This document shows, one piece after another, positions 24,428 to 38,600 of a DNA stretch of 64,000 bases. A program made the translations under genes and the position numbers. The notes under the pieces were generated by a model, which was given only the letters and a program-made list of their open reading frames with translations, was not told the DNA's origin and ran no database searches. The first letter of the stretch is position 1, and each line of letters opens with the position of its first letter. The DNA is from Schmidtea polychroa (lineage: Eukaryota), in NCBI GenBank assembly GCA_044892525.1, contig CM097886.1:90892001-90956000 (forward strand), read 5' to 3'.

Positions 24428-24750
24428 CAGTCTACCCTGTCAATAATAGACTCTGTCAATAGTGGACATTTATTGTATTTTTTTTAATTTTAAACCACTT
24501 TTACCTGTTAACATGACCTGTTAATAATGGACACCTTTAATATTTCAATAGTGGACATTAAAATTTATATGAATAAAATTTAATTTTCCTTTTTAATATT
24601 GTTTATATTCATTAATTTTTAAAATTTAACCATATTTATAATGAATCAAGAATTTGAAAATAAGAAACATCAAATGAAAAAAAGAAAAAGATTAACTATT
24701 CAACAAAAAAGAGATCTTATAGATTATGTAGAATCACATCCAGGTAAAAT
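24428..24750 (+). mobile_element. 5' fragment of a pogo/Tigger-like element
   Basis: TA followed by TIR-like CAGTCTACCCTGTCAATAA, with repeated aatagtggaca boxes. ATG at 24641 gives MKKRKRLTIQQKRDLIDYVESHPG, a CENP-B/psq-type HTH start. Confidence 0.7.
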
Positions 24751-27539
24751 GCAGAGACTCTTCACATTTTGAACTTCCATTAAGAAGTATAAACTTGATA
24801 ATGTTTCAACAAGATTCAATAAAGAATAATCAAGAAAGAAATAAGACCAAAAAGGTCAGGACCAAATTCAAAACAATTTATTAAAAAATGATCCAAAAAA
24901 CATTAAACTGATTTACAAGTTTGAGAATGTTCTTGATGAAAATAAAAAGAATAGAACCCCAAGCATATTAAATTATGTTTCAGGAGATAATATTAAATAA
25001 AGGTAGAAAATTTACGTATATATATAATATAATATTTTTAAATATTTCTATGACCTTATTTAAAATTTTTGCCCGAACAGGCCAATATACCCAAATATCG
25101 GATTTAATATTTTTAATTGACGGCATTTTTCTACTGTATCCTTTTATACATTACACATTATTATATATTTTATTATAACATATAGAAATCCGGCAAGGGA
25201 TTTTGTTTTAATTGCAACAATTTTTACAATAAATGTCTTTATATTTCACGGATGAAACTATCAAATGTTATATTGTTGTTGAATGATATAACGAGTGGCA
25301 CGATGGGGAAGTTAATTTTTAAACGTCATCCACCTGGATCACAACTCGTCGGAGTGATTATTTCCATAAATTTGGCATTAGAATTTCATCGAGAAGGATT
25401 TTTGATCATTCGACTAGTTTGAGGGAGTAAATTGCATGCGACACTCGCTGAAACTCATTTACAATGTCTAGATGTACAGGAACCTGGATCAATTACCCTT
25501 TCGATTGAGTGGTCACATAGAATTGATATATTGGTTATAACACTAAAGAAAAATAACAAAATTTACTCTGTGAATTGGACTCTTACCTCCGTAAGTCTCT
25601 CGCATTCGTAGATGGTCGATTGTTTGCCATTTTGGTTTGGATTAAAATGCCCGTTTTGACTTGACTACCTCTTATATCGGTGAGATGTGATTCTTGTGCT
25701 GGGACTTTTCTACACCATACACTTGCGCACCAATTTTTGGAAAATTTCTCTCTATGAAATATCTGCGATCAATGTGCGGATTTATGAGCATGTGCTTATA
25801 TGCGTACGCGAGCTTCTCTAGTGTGATGCAGGTCTGGTTAGCGACGTGGCTTTGAATCATTTCTGGCATTCGAGGTGAGTCTATCGATTGGAGTTGATGG
25901 TGCATGTGCTATTCACTCCCCTGTCATGTCATTCCGATTGTCATCGTGGCATTTTCTCCATTCGGTTCTGGAGTGCGTGTTGTGTGTGTCATGGTGTGCA
26001 TTTCATTTTTTATCGCATTCCAATTAGAGAAGACTAATTCAGATGGCTTCATTTCTCATAAACATTTAGAATTCGGAAAGATTTTCGGTCGATTTACATC
26101 AAAGTTATCTCTTTGTAGCTCCATCCTGGACGCTGATTTTGTATTAAATCGTCGAGTCTCTGCCTGAACTTCTTCGTTATATTTATCGCGTTGATGGTGC
26201 AAATGTAGTCGAACCATTGGTTATTATTCGGCATCTGGTAGTGGTAAGAGTAGATCACATGTGGGAATTGAAATTCGATTCCCTAAGTTCGCATTCGCAT
26301 CATCAATCGACAACCAATCATGGATCAAACCAAGTTCAAGGATACTTCGGACGAATAGTAGACAATGTAGTTTACACCTACCTATGTGAGAAAATAATTA
26401 CAAGATTACCAGAGAAACCTGTAATACCAAGGAACAAGCGTGCAAACGAACTCGAAATAATTCACAAAGAAAAGCAAGTTATGTGCAAGCGGTCACGAGA
26501 ATAATAAACCCAGAAGGTTTTCAACCAAATTTATTTAATTGCAGTAACGCACAAGGACCAATGTTCAAAAGAGAAGACGAAAATTGGTTTCAAGCAAAAC
26601 AATTACACCAATGCCAAATAAATTCGGATTGACAAAATTAACAACCGAAATCAAATTCAAACCAGTGAACGTATCTCAAAATGGATTATATACGATAAAA
26701 GACCTCAAATCACCAAGAGCGCACATGTTATTTCCAGCAAGGAGACAAGCAATTTTTTTGAATATATTGATAATATCAGGAGGAATCATTCATGGAGAAA
26801 TTTCGAATTATAAACTACTGCTAACATCAGAACATTTTCTGCATGCAACAGCCAACATGATGAAAGCAATGTGGGACGATTCTTGATATTCGGTCAGATG
26901 ATGGCAGAGTTACTAGGAATAATACAAATACAAATAGTCAGAGTAATAATAACACGAATGCTACAGTGTTTCGACATTTATTGACGAGAAAGGAAAGTAA
27001 ATTGGAAACTATCAATTGGATTCCTACCATTTTTATACAAAAGAATGGTGTTACATGGACACTGAAGATATTCACAAAATAAAAGACTACTGAGAATACT
27101 AGAAAAAATGAAAGGAACCGACGAGGAAGTCGAAAGAAAATTCAAAGAGATAATGAAATCAGAAGCAGAAAGAGCCCAAGAAAAAGTGGGAAAGCCAAGA
27201 GACTGGAAAAGATGGATAACAAGTCAGGCGTAATGAGGACAGCGATGACGATAACGACTAGGGCATCCAAAATCGGACAGGTTTTTCATTTCCGGGATTC
27301 CTATATTAATATCGATATTGAACTTCTACAATTAAAAAGTTTTAAAATCAATGTTTCACTGAAAAAATCCTCAGATATGACTAAACAAAAATTAAAATGT
27401 AAATTAACGAAACTTTTCTTTCTTCAAAAAAATTTGGCAAAAGTTAAGATTTAGTACATTTATTTAGTTATTTAATTATTTTTCTTTTGATGCTCTTTCT
27501 GGAAGTGGGCCCACAGAAAACATAGGACATTTAATTTAT

Positions 27540-29340
27540 GATCACTGGTGGAAAATGTCCTTTCAGATTCGGCACTGATGGTTTTAAGGTTTTCAAATAT
27601 TTGTAGGCCTCACGAAGATACGATCTGTTTTCAACAGCTTTCAATGCATCATTCGAACTATTACCCGATTTTGATATGGACTTATTTTTCATGTCATTGC
27701 AAATGGCCATGTCAAGTTTTTCCTTCAACGACAAGCTAGCAGAACAATCTACTGAATCACTGTCAGATGATTACTAACTCTTGCTCTCTTGTAGCTTTGT
27801 TAAGTCGCTCATACAGTTCAATCACATCATTGGCAATCGCTGATTTGCTGTGTTAAAGAAAATCTAGAACATTGTCCACAATTTCATATCGCTGATGACC
27901 TCTGTTGAGGTAATGCAGTAAACTAGAAAACATTGTCCTTCGTTCGTTGGATACGCGTCACCAAAGATGCTTTCAAACAGACACCCGAATCTGATGTTCC
28001 CAAGTTGTTAATCATTAACATTATGACCGTGTCGGCTGACAAAAGAGTCACATCTTTTTGGCACAACGCTTCTATGGCCAGTTGCATCGGTTTCAGACAC
28101 GCGGCAACCGATGAAATAGTGTCAAACTCTAAATCATTGATCTTAATTTTTGAGTCAAACTCAATATCAATCAGTGATTTTCTGATTCAATTTTTTAACT
28201 TCAAGAAGCGCTCAGGCATTGCATGCAGACTGTTCCATCGTGTTTTCGTGTCCAGGACTATTGGGATAGGTTTGCCAAATTCATCAGTTGTATACTTTCC
28301 CAGCGTTTCGTCGTTTTATGTTGAAGAACGACGAAATAACTTGACAATGATGCATACTTTTGCAATTAACGGGTTCAAATCTTCAACTAGCTCAATTTCG
28401 TCGTCCTTGTCAGCAAAAGTGACTTCAAAACCACCAAAATCGTCCATATCATCATCGGTGTAATTCTCACTATGAGTAATTTCAATGTCACTTCATCCCT
28501 GCGACGGCAACGGTGTTGTCTTTATACGACTGTTTGTACAAGACGTCAATTATATCTAAGTGAATGCCTTGAACAATGCCAAGTTGTTGATCGCATATGC
28601 TCAGTCATCCCACTTTCCGCATAACTGATGTGATGCACACAATGTCCCGGTGGTAATTCAGATCAAACTTCTGAAGCACTTGTTGCATGATCTCAATGCA
28701 CTTCTATGCAGAAAAAGACCCCATAACTCTGACCAGTCAAAGATTCCAAATTTCTTTCTGGGTGAGCACTTCCGCGTTTAAGTAACTACAATTTCTAATC
28801 GAAGGCCATTCGTCAAACGTTAAGCTGAATCGAATTCCTTGAACCGGAGAAGGGTCAGCTGAGATTTCACCATCTTTTGAAGGGCGTTTCCATAATCCAC
28901 CACCATATTTCGAATTGTCGTTGGTGATTTTGGAACTTCAAACCCGTGAGCCTCGAGACACATTCTCAATTCCGAAGAAGTTATGAACAAGCTGAAGGAC
29001 AGTCCATCCAGGGCAACGAGTCTGGACAAAACCACAGGTAAAGTGTCATCTCGCTGATTTTTTTAAACATTCGGTGGTTGCTGTTTTCGTTTTCTTGAGT
29101 GGCTGTACGACCGCTGATGTCGATGGTTCCGAGTCTGTAGCAATTTCTTTTCAGCAAAACAATGTTGTGATTTGTTTTCAGATGCTTATGAAGACCAGTG
29201 GTACTGCCACCAGTTGATTTTAGTACTTTTCTACATTTTTTGCTCTTGACCTGTTGGATTTCTCCAATAAAAACTTTTACATCGACTCTGCCGTTGTAAA
29301 TACCTGGGATCATTTTATTGATCATTGCTAGGGTCGCCAT
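27540..29340 (-). pseudogene. Decayed hAT (hobo/Ac-like) transposase; element ends not resolved
   Basis: BED-finger-like KCRKVLKSTGGSTTGLHKHLKTNH, SLTFDEW, DTKTRWNSL and TISAESERTFS fragments across frameshifts. Confidence 0.85.
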
Positions 29341-30530
29341 GTTAATAAATTAGTCTTATTGCTTAAAGATATATTCAAATACAAACTGATTGAGTAATAA
29401 TTGGTATTATTAAAACAATTGATTTAAATGGCGAATCAATTAATTTAATAATAATGATGATTATGCGTGCCAGCATTTATACTTATTATAATTTTACTAT
29501 ATAATAGTATTTGATACTTATAATACAATATATATTTTATTTATAAATAAGTTATTTAAATATCCCTTTAAATTATATAAAATGGTGCTGGAAATTGTAT
29601 ATTATCCCTGTTTTTGGTTTACCTGTATTGCAACCAGTAACAAGTAAATTATGCTAAGACAGACTAAATTGATCTGTCTCAAGATCTGCTTAATAAGAAT
29701 AACTGTTGAGGAATTGGATGAAATTTCTTGTTATAATTTCAAAATAATATTTTAAAATAATTTTTATAAAATGAAATAACTAAAGAAGCAATACCAGGAT
29801 TCAGTCTGATCTGATCTTGGCCGTGAGGCGGAAAGATGTTGGTGTGGCCAACCGGCAAAAAAAATTAACTATTTCTCCAACTGGTTTTCTCACTCGTGTA
29901 TTCCAGAAAGCAGACGAGTGGGAGGCAACCTAAATAAAACATATCATAAGGTGTACATAATAGAAACTTGACATCGGAGAAAGGTTAATTCTGAAAGACC
30001 AAGGGATAAAAAAAATTGAGGAGAAAGCGACGAAAAGAAGACCGAATGATGACGATTATCCAGCGGAAAGTGGACGAAGAAGGAGAGCGACCGATCCCGA
30101 AAATTTATAAAACTTTAATAAAATTTTGTTTTATATTTATTCAAAGATTTAGTTAGGTAAAAACCACAGCGAATAAGATTAAGGAAATAGTAAATATTGA
30201 AAATAATATATAAAATCAATAAAAAGAAGTATTATCACTTGGAAGTAAATTAAAATCAAATTGATTGTAGAATAAATAAAACAAAAGTTCATTTAAACAA
30301 ATATTATTACAGTCTCGTGTTTCAAATCTTCAAATTTCTCATGTTTTAAATAAAGTTCCTGATACAGAAATCTGAGATAACAATCAAGGACAAAGAGTTA
30401 GGACTAAGCCCGTGACTCCAGAACCTCGTCAGGACATTGTATTAATGTCATTTTAATATTATTTTTCTATATATTTTATTCATTTTGCTTGTTATCCATT
30501 TCGTTTGGGCGCATAATTTGCTCACGTCGA

Positions 30531-31471
30531 CAGAGCCGTAACAAGGCATTATTGCGCCTTAAGCGGTTCATATATCGGAGTTCCCAACACATAAATTCAT
30601 ATATATCCTCATTAGAAACTTACTCTATTGTAATCTTACAAAATTTTCTCTGCAACAAAATAAATTTTGCGTAAATAGTGAATTGTGACTAAAATGCGTC
30701 CGTAAATAAACCCTATTTTTAGTGTGCAAGTTCATTGATGTAGTAAACTAATTCGAATTATTTTAATTCTAATTAATTTGATTCCTAATTTTTGTCGATT
30801 TTAATAGCGATTTTGGCAAATTAATTTTTTTGATTTTCTAAATTTTAAATTTGCCACCATGATGGATATGGGCATTTCCAGAATATACCATACTATTTTG
30901 TAATAGTTTAGTATATTATTTTTATTTTATGCGTTTTTTGTTAATTCTTTTTTATAATTTTGTTATTTTAAAACGTAGTTTTTAGTTTTTGCTTATTTTA
31001 TTGGATTGTTTGGCGAACCTGATGGATTTTGCCGTTTTGATGGGTTGTTCTGCGTTTTTATTTGTTTTCTATTATAATTTGATTTTTAAATTATTTTTCT
31101 ATCCTAATTTTATGGAAATTTCTCTGATTTTTGTTCTTATTTTGCATTATCGCCTTAATTCGAATTTGTTTATTGTTGTTATGTGTTCCGGTTGTGTGAG
31201 TAAGTTTCATGCAATACTTCTTATGTTTGATTTTTCTTTTAATTTGGGTATTTTACTGTCTGCTATTTTTTTTTACTTTGTGTTTATTATCTTTTATTTT
31301 GAGTACACTTAATGCTGGGTATGCGTGTTATGTGCCTCTGCATTCCTTCGCAATCCTAACTTGGGGTCTAAAAATCAGTTTTTGCCCAAAAGTAGTCTGT
31401 TTTGAATTTGTGTGTTGGGAACCCAGATATATGAACCGCTTAAGGCGCAATAATGCCTTGTTACGGCCCTG
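30531..31471. mobile_element. hAT-type MITE with ~70-bp TIRs and inverted 91-bp flanks
   Basis: Termini CAG(A/G)GCCGTAACAAGGCATTATTGCG. The same terminus recurs, ending at ~40911, with an unrelated flank. Flanks 30440-30530 and 31472-31562 are reverse complements of each other. Confidence 0.75.
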
Positions 31472-33449
31472 CCAATGTGAGCAAATTATGCGCCCAAACG
31501 AAATTGATAACAAGCGAAATGAATAAAATATATAGAAAAATAATATTAAAATGACATTAATATATATATATATATATATACTGTTGATATGTTTTTTCCC
31601 TTTGCAATAGGAACGTAAGATTGACCGAGATCTTCGTTGTTATCATTTTGATAATTCAAGTCAATAAAATGATTCACAACCCGGAGTGGTGGTCAACTAC
31701 GTTGTGTACACAGCGTTGGGTAACCGCTTGAAAATACTTCGTGGTGACCAACTTAGTTAACGAAAATATGATTGGTGCTAAACTTAACCTAACTAATTTA
31801 TCTGCTGATACAACGGGGTTTTGATTCGGCTGTGGCTGTGGCTCCGCAATAACATTAGGGTTTGACGTACCGTGTTGAGTCGGCTGGGAAACTGAACAAC
31901 TTGAGTAATTAAAATACTCATAGAGCAAGTTACTAATGTTGGGTCGCCTAGGGGTGTGTCATTTTGAATGTGCTAGGGGTGCTGAGAGATACTGAGCGAC
32001 TCCTTCCTAAATGACCACATGATTATTGTACTTTAGACCATCTGTATACCCATGGCGATGACCATGTTGGTGATATATACAATGGTTGGAAATTCATGAG
32101 GTGATCTCTATTACTAAAACTACTCCTCATGATATTTTCATCTTCGGGTTCTAGATTGACGATAGAAGGTCTTACGTCGCTTAGTCCCCTAACAGATCTA
32201 CGGTTAGCTTTGTTAACTCTATTCTATTCAAGATACGATAAAGAATACATAAATTTATATTAAGGAGACAGATTAAAAATAACAAAACACTCGATATTGT
32301 GTCAACCATCAAAAACAAATCAATCGAAACAAATGTACGCCAGCCATATCATGTCAGTTCAGATTCGTCATGCGACCAGTTATCCCAATGTTTATTTATG
32401 ACACATTGAAGTGGTCAGGGGCGACCGTGTCCAAGAATCAGTATTCCCGACTTCCTTAAGTAACTCTGTCAATTCAAACTCAGGGTGATCTAGCTCCATC
32501 CATGGAGTACCCGAGGCTGGGACGACAGTGTAGACGGAATATTTAGACGTATCCAGGGCAGACATGAGTTCAACAACCATATTAGTGTTTTTGTGTAGAT
32601 TAATAGAGCTTCGGCCTCAGCTTGTTTTTCTTTTCGTCGTTTCGTGCGCTCGGCTCGAGTGAGCGAATAACGCTTTGGTTTCGTTGTTAGTACGGTTGAT
32701 GTTGCTGCCTTTTCGGGGGGTGCGATTTTGGCAAGAGCCAGGCTTGTCCCCATGTAGACAATATAGGGGGTCGAACGAGAAAATGAACTCTTGCTGTGAT
32801 TGGTGCAGATTGTCTGCTTGCGGGAGTTGGAAAACTAGGATTGATGTTGACTGGGTAAAACGCTGGTTTTGTCTATGATGGGCAGTTCCACAATACGCTT
32901 TACTAATTCCGAATCGGAATAAATTCGGTGCAGGGCTTGAGACTGCTCACGAATGAGCACGGACTGCAATCCTGTTTTCTTCTAGCAGGCTATCCCTGTA
33001 ATGTTCCAATGGAAGGAATTTCTTTGTCGACTCTTTCATCTGGCTAGGGGCGAACCAGGCCCTGTACAGGTAATCTATCCGTTTCTTGGGGAGCCCGATC
33101 TCGGATTGGAGAGTTTTATTGGCGGTGTTCTTGTCCGCATAAGAGAAACATGGTTTCAAGATAGTTCTTGGTACGACTGTGGCAGGCATAGTTCTATAAA
33201 AATATAAGAGAACAGTTATAGCTAATGTCCATCGAGTTTTCAGATGATAAACGCTCATAAAAATTTTAGCAACATGGTCGTTGAAAATTAAGATGTGAGA
33301 AGAAAATTTCCCCCATTGTTATCCAGTTAACCTATTCCGACACTTTAATCCAAATCATTAAAATCAATAATATAGAATGAAATTTCATACCTCCTTATCA
33401 GGTTAAACTAATTTAAAAAGTTAATTCGGTCCATGACATTATCAGTGAG

Positions 33450-34201
33450 GGGATCCGGATAAAACACCGAAACAAAAAACTCGAAATTAAAACTTCGAAA
33501 ACAAAAACACCGAAAAATATAATTTCGAAATGCAAAAACATCGAAAAATAAAATATCGAAAACATAAACATCGAAAGCATTTTTATTATTTAAAAAAAAA
33601 ATTGTATGTAATTGATGTAACAATTTTAACATTTGTTGACTTTTAAAACTATTAGGCCGCTTGAAGTTCTAAATTATGGGCTAAACCTCTTAAATAATCT
33701 AAAGTGTTTCGAGTTCCATATGACTCTACTATTTCTTTTTTCTACTACTTTCTTTTATTTCAGAATAAAGCTCTTTAGCTTTAATAACGGCAACTTTTGG
33801 AACATGATTATGTTCTCCTATTTCTTTTTCCACTTGATTATCAACAGTGTGGCATCTTCCTTTGCACTTAAATGTCAAATATTCCACACATTTCCAATAA
33901 GTTTTTTCGTTATGTTGCCTATCTTTTTGATAAAGAAAACTATTATATAAAAGTTGATTAACACCTTTTTGACTTTTAATAAATTTAATCTCCATTTTTA
34001 TAATTGGAATCAATATTTAGCTAATTTAATAATTTAATTATGAAGAAATGAAAGGAAACGGAAACAATTTAAAGGGACTTTTTATTAATTTTTCGATATT
34101 TTGTTTTCGATATTTTTGTTTTCGAAATTTTTTCTATTCGATATTTTATTTTCGGTGTTTTTGTTTTAGTTTTTTTAATTTTGGTATTTTGTCCGGGATT
34201 C
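33450..34201 (-). mobile_element. Non-autonomous MULE carrying a FLYWCH zinc-finger fragment
   Basis: Long imperfect TIRs with internal cgaaa repeats. 9-bp TSD ATC(A/G)GTGAG. ORF 33729-34013 (LLYNSFLY...TYWKC...CKGRCHT...HNH). Confidence 0.85.
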
Positions 34202-34609
34202 ATCGGTGAGAAAGAAGATTTTTTTGGGAATTATTAATTATCTGATAATTGTCGACTTCCTTCTACATGATAACCAAAATTGTGATCGTTAGTAAATTCA
34301 GTAACTGAGAAAAAGTTAGTTTTCACTGGTACACCTAAATCCGAAATGTAAAAGTTTCTATAATCTGAAAAAATCGATAAAATTATACTATAGCAACACA
34401 CAAACTTACATGTGTGCAAAAATTTAATGTTCCGAAAGTTGAAAGTTTTATTATAAGAATTGAGAAAGTGACAGAAAAATGATTTTATATACAAACACAG
34501 CACACATAATATAAAATACACGCAAATTTAATATAGCTTTTTTTATTCCGAAAGTAGAAAGTAATTAACATACTGTTAACATATCATTAATTTAAAATTA
34601 TTAAAATTC

Positions 34610-35016
34610 ATGGCTGAAAAAAATTTGGATTTTGAATCTGACAACTCAACTTTAAGTTTACGAGAAAACGACGACAAAACATCGTAAGATCTATTTATAA
34701 AATATTTTTGAAGTTAATATTTCTTTAGAGTTTCAGATATTTCTTTGGAAACACTTCCATTTTGCGAAGTTGAAGATCTGACAATGTAAGAATTTTTTTA
34801 TTTAATTACAAATAATTAAAATATTTTACAGCCTATCAGATATTTCTAGTCAAACGCCTTTGTGTGAAGATATTCAACAAGTTCCATCGACATATTTGGA
34901 ATTGAAGAAAAAAATTCAAAAATCGTAAATTTTAATAACTTATTTTAAAAAAATAATATTTTCATAGAATTTCAGAAAATGACAAAATCCGTCTACATCG
35001 TCAAAGAGGCTATTGA
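34610..35016 (+). CDS. Small 4-exon host gene (~90 aa), not in the ORF track
   Basis: Exons 34610-34683, 34729-34785, 34832-34924 and 34968-35016. Three GT-AG phase-2 introns of 45, 46 and 43 nt splice to an open frame MAEKNLDFESDN...HRQRGY*. Confidence 0.65.
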
Positions 35017-35462
35017 AACCGACCAAGGTGATGTGACAATTATCTTTTTGTTGTACCACCAGGAAACTCTCCAATGGTTTCAATTATGTTGTGAAAACAA
35101 TTCTAAATGCATACAAAACATGTTTTCCAATACTTCACTTCCTAAATTAAATTCACAAACTTCAATAGGTAAAATTTGACCAAAATTCGATTAGCATATA
35201 TGAAAAGGTCAAAAAAGTTTGATTATTAATTCCCTATTCCGCAGCGCGCATCGTGATTACATTCAATATCCAGGTATACTTAATATGGCAGTACAAAGAA
35301 TTAAGATAAAAAAGTCGAGGGTCATTTTTAAAAACAATTGGTAAAGAATTTACACACAAATGTGAGTTTAAGGTACGATTTCGAGAATATAAGTGCAAAC
35401 TGAAATGATACTGGTATCAAGTTAGTAACTTCCGTTTTAAGTTTAAACAACCTCGGGAGATG

Positions 35463-35505
35463 GAGAGCGAGAGCGAGCGAGAGAGAGAGAGAGCGCGAGA
35501 GAGAG
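35463..35505. promoter_or_regulatory. GA-rich (GAGA-like) tract upstream of the RTK
   Basis: gagagcgagagcgagcgagagagag..., ending ~120 bp 5' of the ATG. A regulatory role is inference only. Confidence 0.3.
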
Positions 35506-35625
35506 AAAATCTGAAACACAACTTGTAAATGTTAACTTACACTCACAGTTTATGCACAGTTTGTCACATGAGATTGTGTAAATCACATCTGTGACATTTG
35601 AAAATTTAATGTTGCAATTGTTCAA

Positions 35626-38600
35626 ATGAATTTCTTATTGTTATTTATATTGATTTTGCACCTTGATTGCCATCTCTCCGACATCATTGACAAGGAAATT
35701 ATTGTGGATTTTAATGAAACAAATATCGAAATCGATTTAAACAAACCCTCGGGAAAATTATTGTTTGTTTGCATGACAAACTGTAAATTGGTCATTTCAA
35801 AGGGGAATTATTTTCAACCGAAAATATCTGTCAAAGAAAACAATTTCACAGTCACAATTGATCAAGAAAAGCTGGAATTTAACGCCGAATTGAGTTTTTG
35901 TATGAATGACACTTTGACATCGTCTTTTGTTGACTATGTCGATCTTCCCAGTTGTTGTCCGTGTTGTTCATGGTATTTCCAAGTGAAATGCGAAAGGTTC
36001 TCCCGTAAAATCCATCAGTGTTCGAAAATCATTATTTACTTTGATACAATTATTTCGTACCTTCAATTTATTGTGGTTTATGATAAAGTCAACCATTTGT
36101 TACCATGCAAAATGCCTCGATCCGGAATGAAGGAAGGTTTAAAAATTTATAACGAAGAAAAGGATGAAACGTATTTCAATTCCGATGGGTATTTGTTAGA
36201 GAATTCACATTACTATCCATCGGGTGGACTTTGTTTTAACACCTCGGTCTTTGAGGAGGATATCACGGTAAGATGCAATTATTACAATAAATCAAAAGAC
36301 GTTATGCTAAGTATCAAAAAGATAAATTTTATCAGTATGGAAATCACTAGTTCTATGTTTTTTATTCATGATTTCGAGAATACAACCAATCGCCATTTGT
36401 TTCGAAATAATACCAATTTGAAGTTGTTAAATAATAATTTGGTAAAAATTGGTTGCAGCGGAAAGGTTGCCGGAGAAACCTACTTCTCGATGATATGTAT
36501 GAAGTTCAACAAATTGGACCAAGTTCTGGTAGAGGATTACGATTGTGAAAAGACTTCGAAATTCGTAAAGAACTTGATTATTATTACGAAAAATTTGAAA
36601 AGCCTTACCCGATTTATTTGCTCTATTGATAATCCATCAAGAACAGATTTAAAGACAATTGGTTTTACTGTTGAAATAGTGAACGAAGAAAGTCTGGAAA
36701 TTGCAAATGTTCAAGAGTTGGATAAAAAAACGTTTAAAGTGTTTGAACACCAACCTTTTCGATTAAATGTTTCCTATAATTCAGTTCCAACCAATGCCAA
36801 CAATCAGTGTAAATTGATTGACATGAAGAAAAATCAATCTAGTCTCTGTGAAATCCATTATGTGGGGTTTTGCACCTGTCAAGTGGATTTTGAAGTTTTA
36901 TATGTCAACAAGATCAAGTCTCAATATTCTATTATCATTTCAAATGAGAAGTTTCAAAAATCTGTGACGATTTATCTGCAACCAATTTACATAAACATAC
37001 CGAATGTTTCTGGATTGACTTCGAAAGCTGAAAACTATAAAACCCTAACTTGTGAAGTTCAATCTTCAACTCTGTCAAATGTTCTTTGGTTGTTGGTTTT
37101 CAATGGTTACAATAAATATTACTTGAATCAAAGTAAAATAGAAATAGATATTCCTCTGAATGATTCAATTGAATCTATATGTGCAAAATGTGAGATTACC
37201 AATGAACTCGGACCAATGACCTCGAAAATGATCTGTAAAAATATCACTGATATTGACTTTTCTGACGATGAAAGCTTTTTACAAATCTTCCTCATAAATG
37301 CTACGATTTGGAATTCCAAACTCAATGCAACAGAAAAATTTGAATATTTATCCTTCAAACAAAAAACAATATCGGTATTAAATGATCGACCAATAGAAAT
37401 CTTATGCGCTGGGAAAATTCGAAACCGACCAATGAAAATTCGATTCAATAATTCGATTCTAAATCAAACGATTTCCGAAACGAAATACACAATAAGAAGC
37501 TCAATAAAATTACGAATTGAATCAAATAAAACAAAAGATTTTTCTGGAACTTATATTTGCGAACAAAAGGATTTAATTGGAAATTTAGTTTTAAAATCAT
37601 TTTTAACTATCAAAATCCTTGAAGGAATTATTCCACAAATTTACCAACATAAATCGGAATGGAATTACATTCCTGGACAGAATATTCATCTTTTGTTTCA
37701 AATTATCAGTTTCCCCCCGGCGAAAGTCGAATATTTTCAATTATTAACCAATGATAAAAAAGAGTTATCACTTCGAAACCGTTCCGATATTAAATCTTAC
37801 AAATTTATCAATTTCACTCACAGCACCTTTAGTATAAAGTTTATCAATATTGGTCAGAATGATTCCGGGGAATACGTTCTAAAGTTTTCCAATATTATCG
37901 GTACAAATAGCACGAAATTTTCTTTACTTATAATCTCAAAAGGCAGTTCGGCCATTTATTATACGATATCTGTAGCTTGTATCATACTTATAATTATCTT
38001 AATATTACTCATACGGTTTTGTCAAAGATCTGGCTATGCGGTTCCAATAATTCAAATTCAAAATAGCATGTATAAAAGTTTTGAATGCGACTCAATCCAA
38101 CTGTTGACCCATTTATGGCCGGATCCTATAGATAGGAAAAGATGGACAATTAGTCCAATTAGAGTAAAAATAAACACCGAAATAGGCAAAGGAAACTATG
38201 GAAGGATCTTCAAAGGTATCTTAACTGACCTAAATTCAACATCACAACAATCTGTTGCGATTAAACAGCCGATTTTATCAAAGCAAACAAATAAAGGCAA
38301 ACAAATACACTTTTGCCAAATAAGTCTCGACTGTTTCATGAATGAAATAAAAATCCTTTCGAAATTAACTGAATGTCCAAACATTATCAAAATGATTGGA
38401 TGTGCAGCATTTGAAAACGGTGTTGAAAATTATGACACAACCAAAGAGGCTACGACTTTGTTGATTCTTGAATATTACACTAACCGATCACTGAATGAGT
38501 TTTTGTTGGCCCATTCTGTCGAGTGCTCTCCGTACATGAAATCGAGAACATTTCCCCAACAAACCGGTTTCAATGGCATAAAACTCGAAAAAGAATTGAC

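Noticed and set aside
29700-30330. Possible additional solo LTR
   Set aside because: LTR-like composition, but termini and TSD could not be defined.
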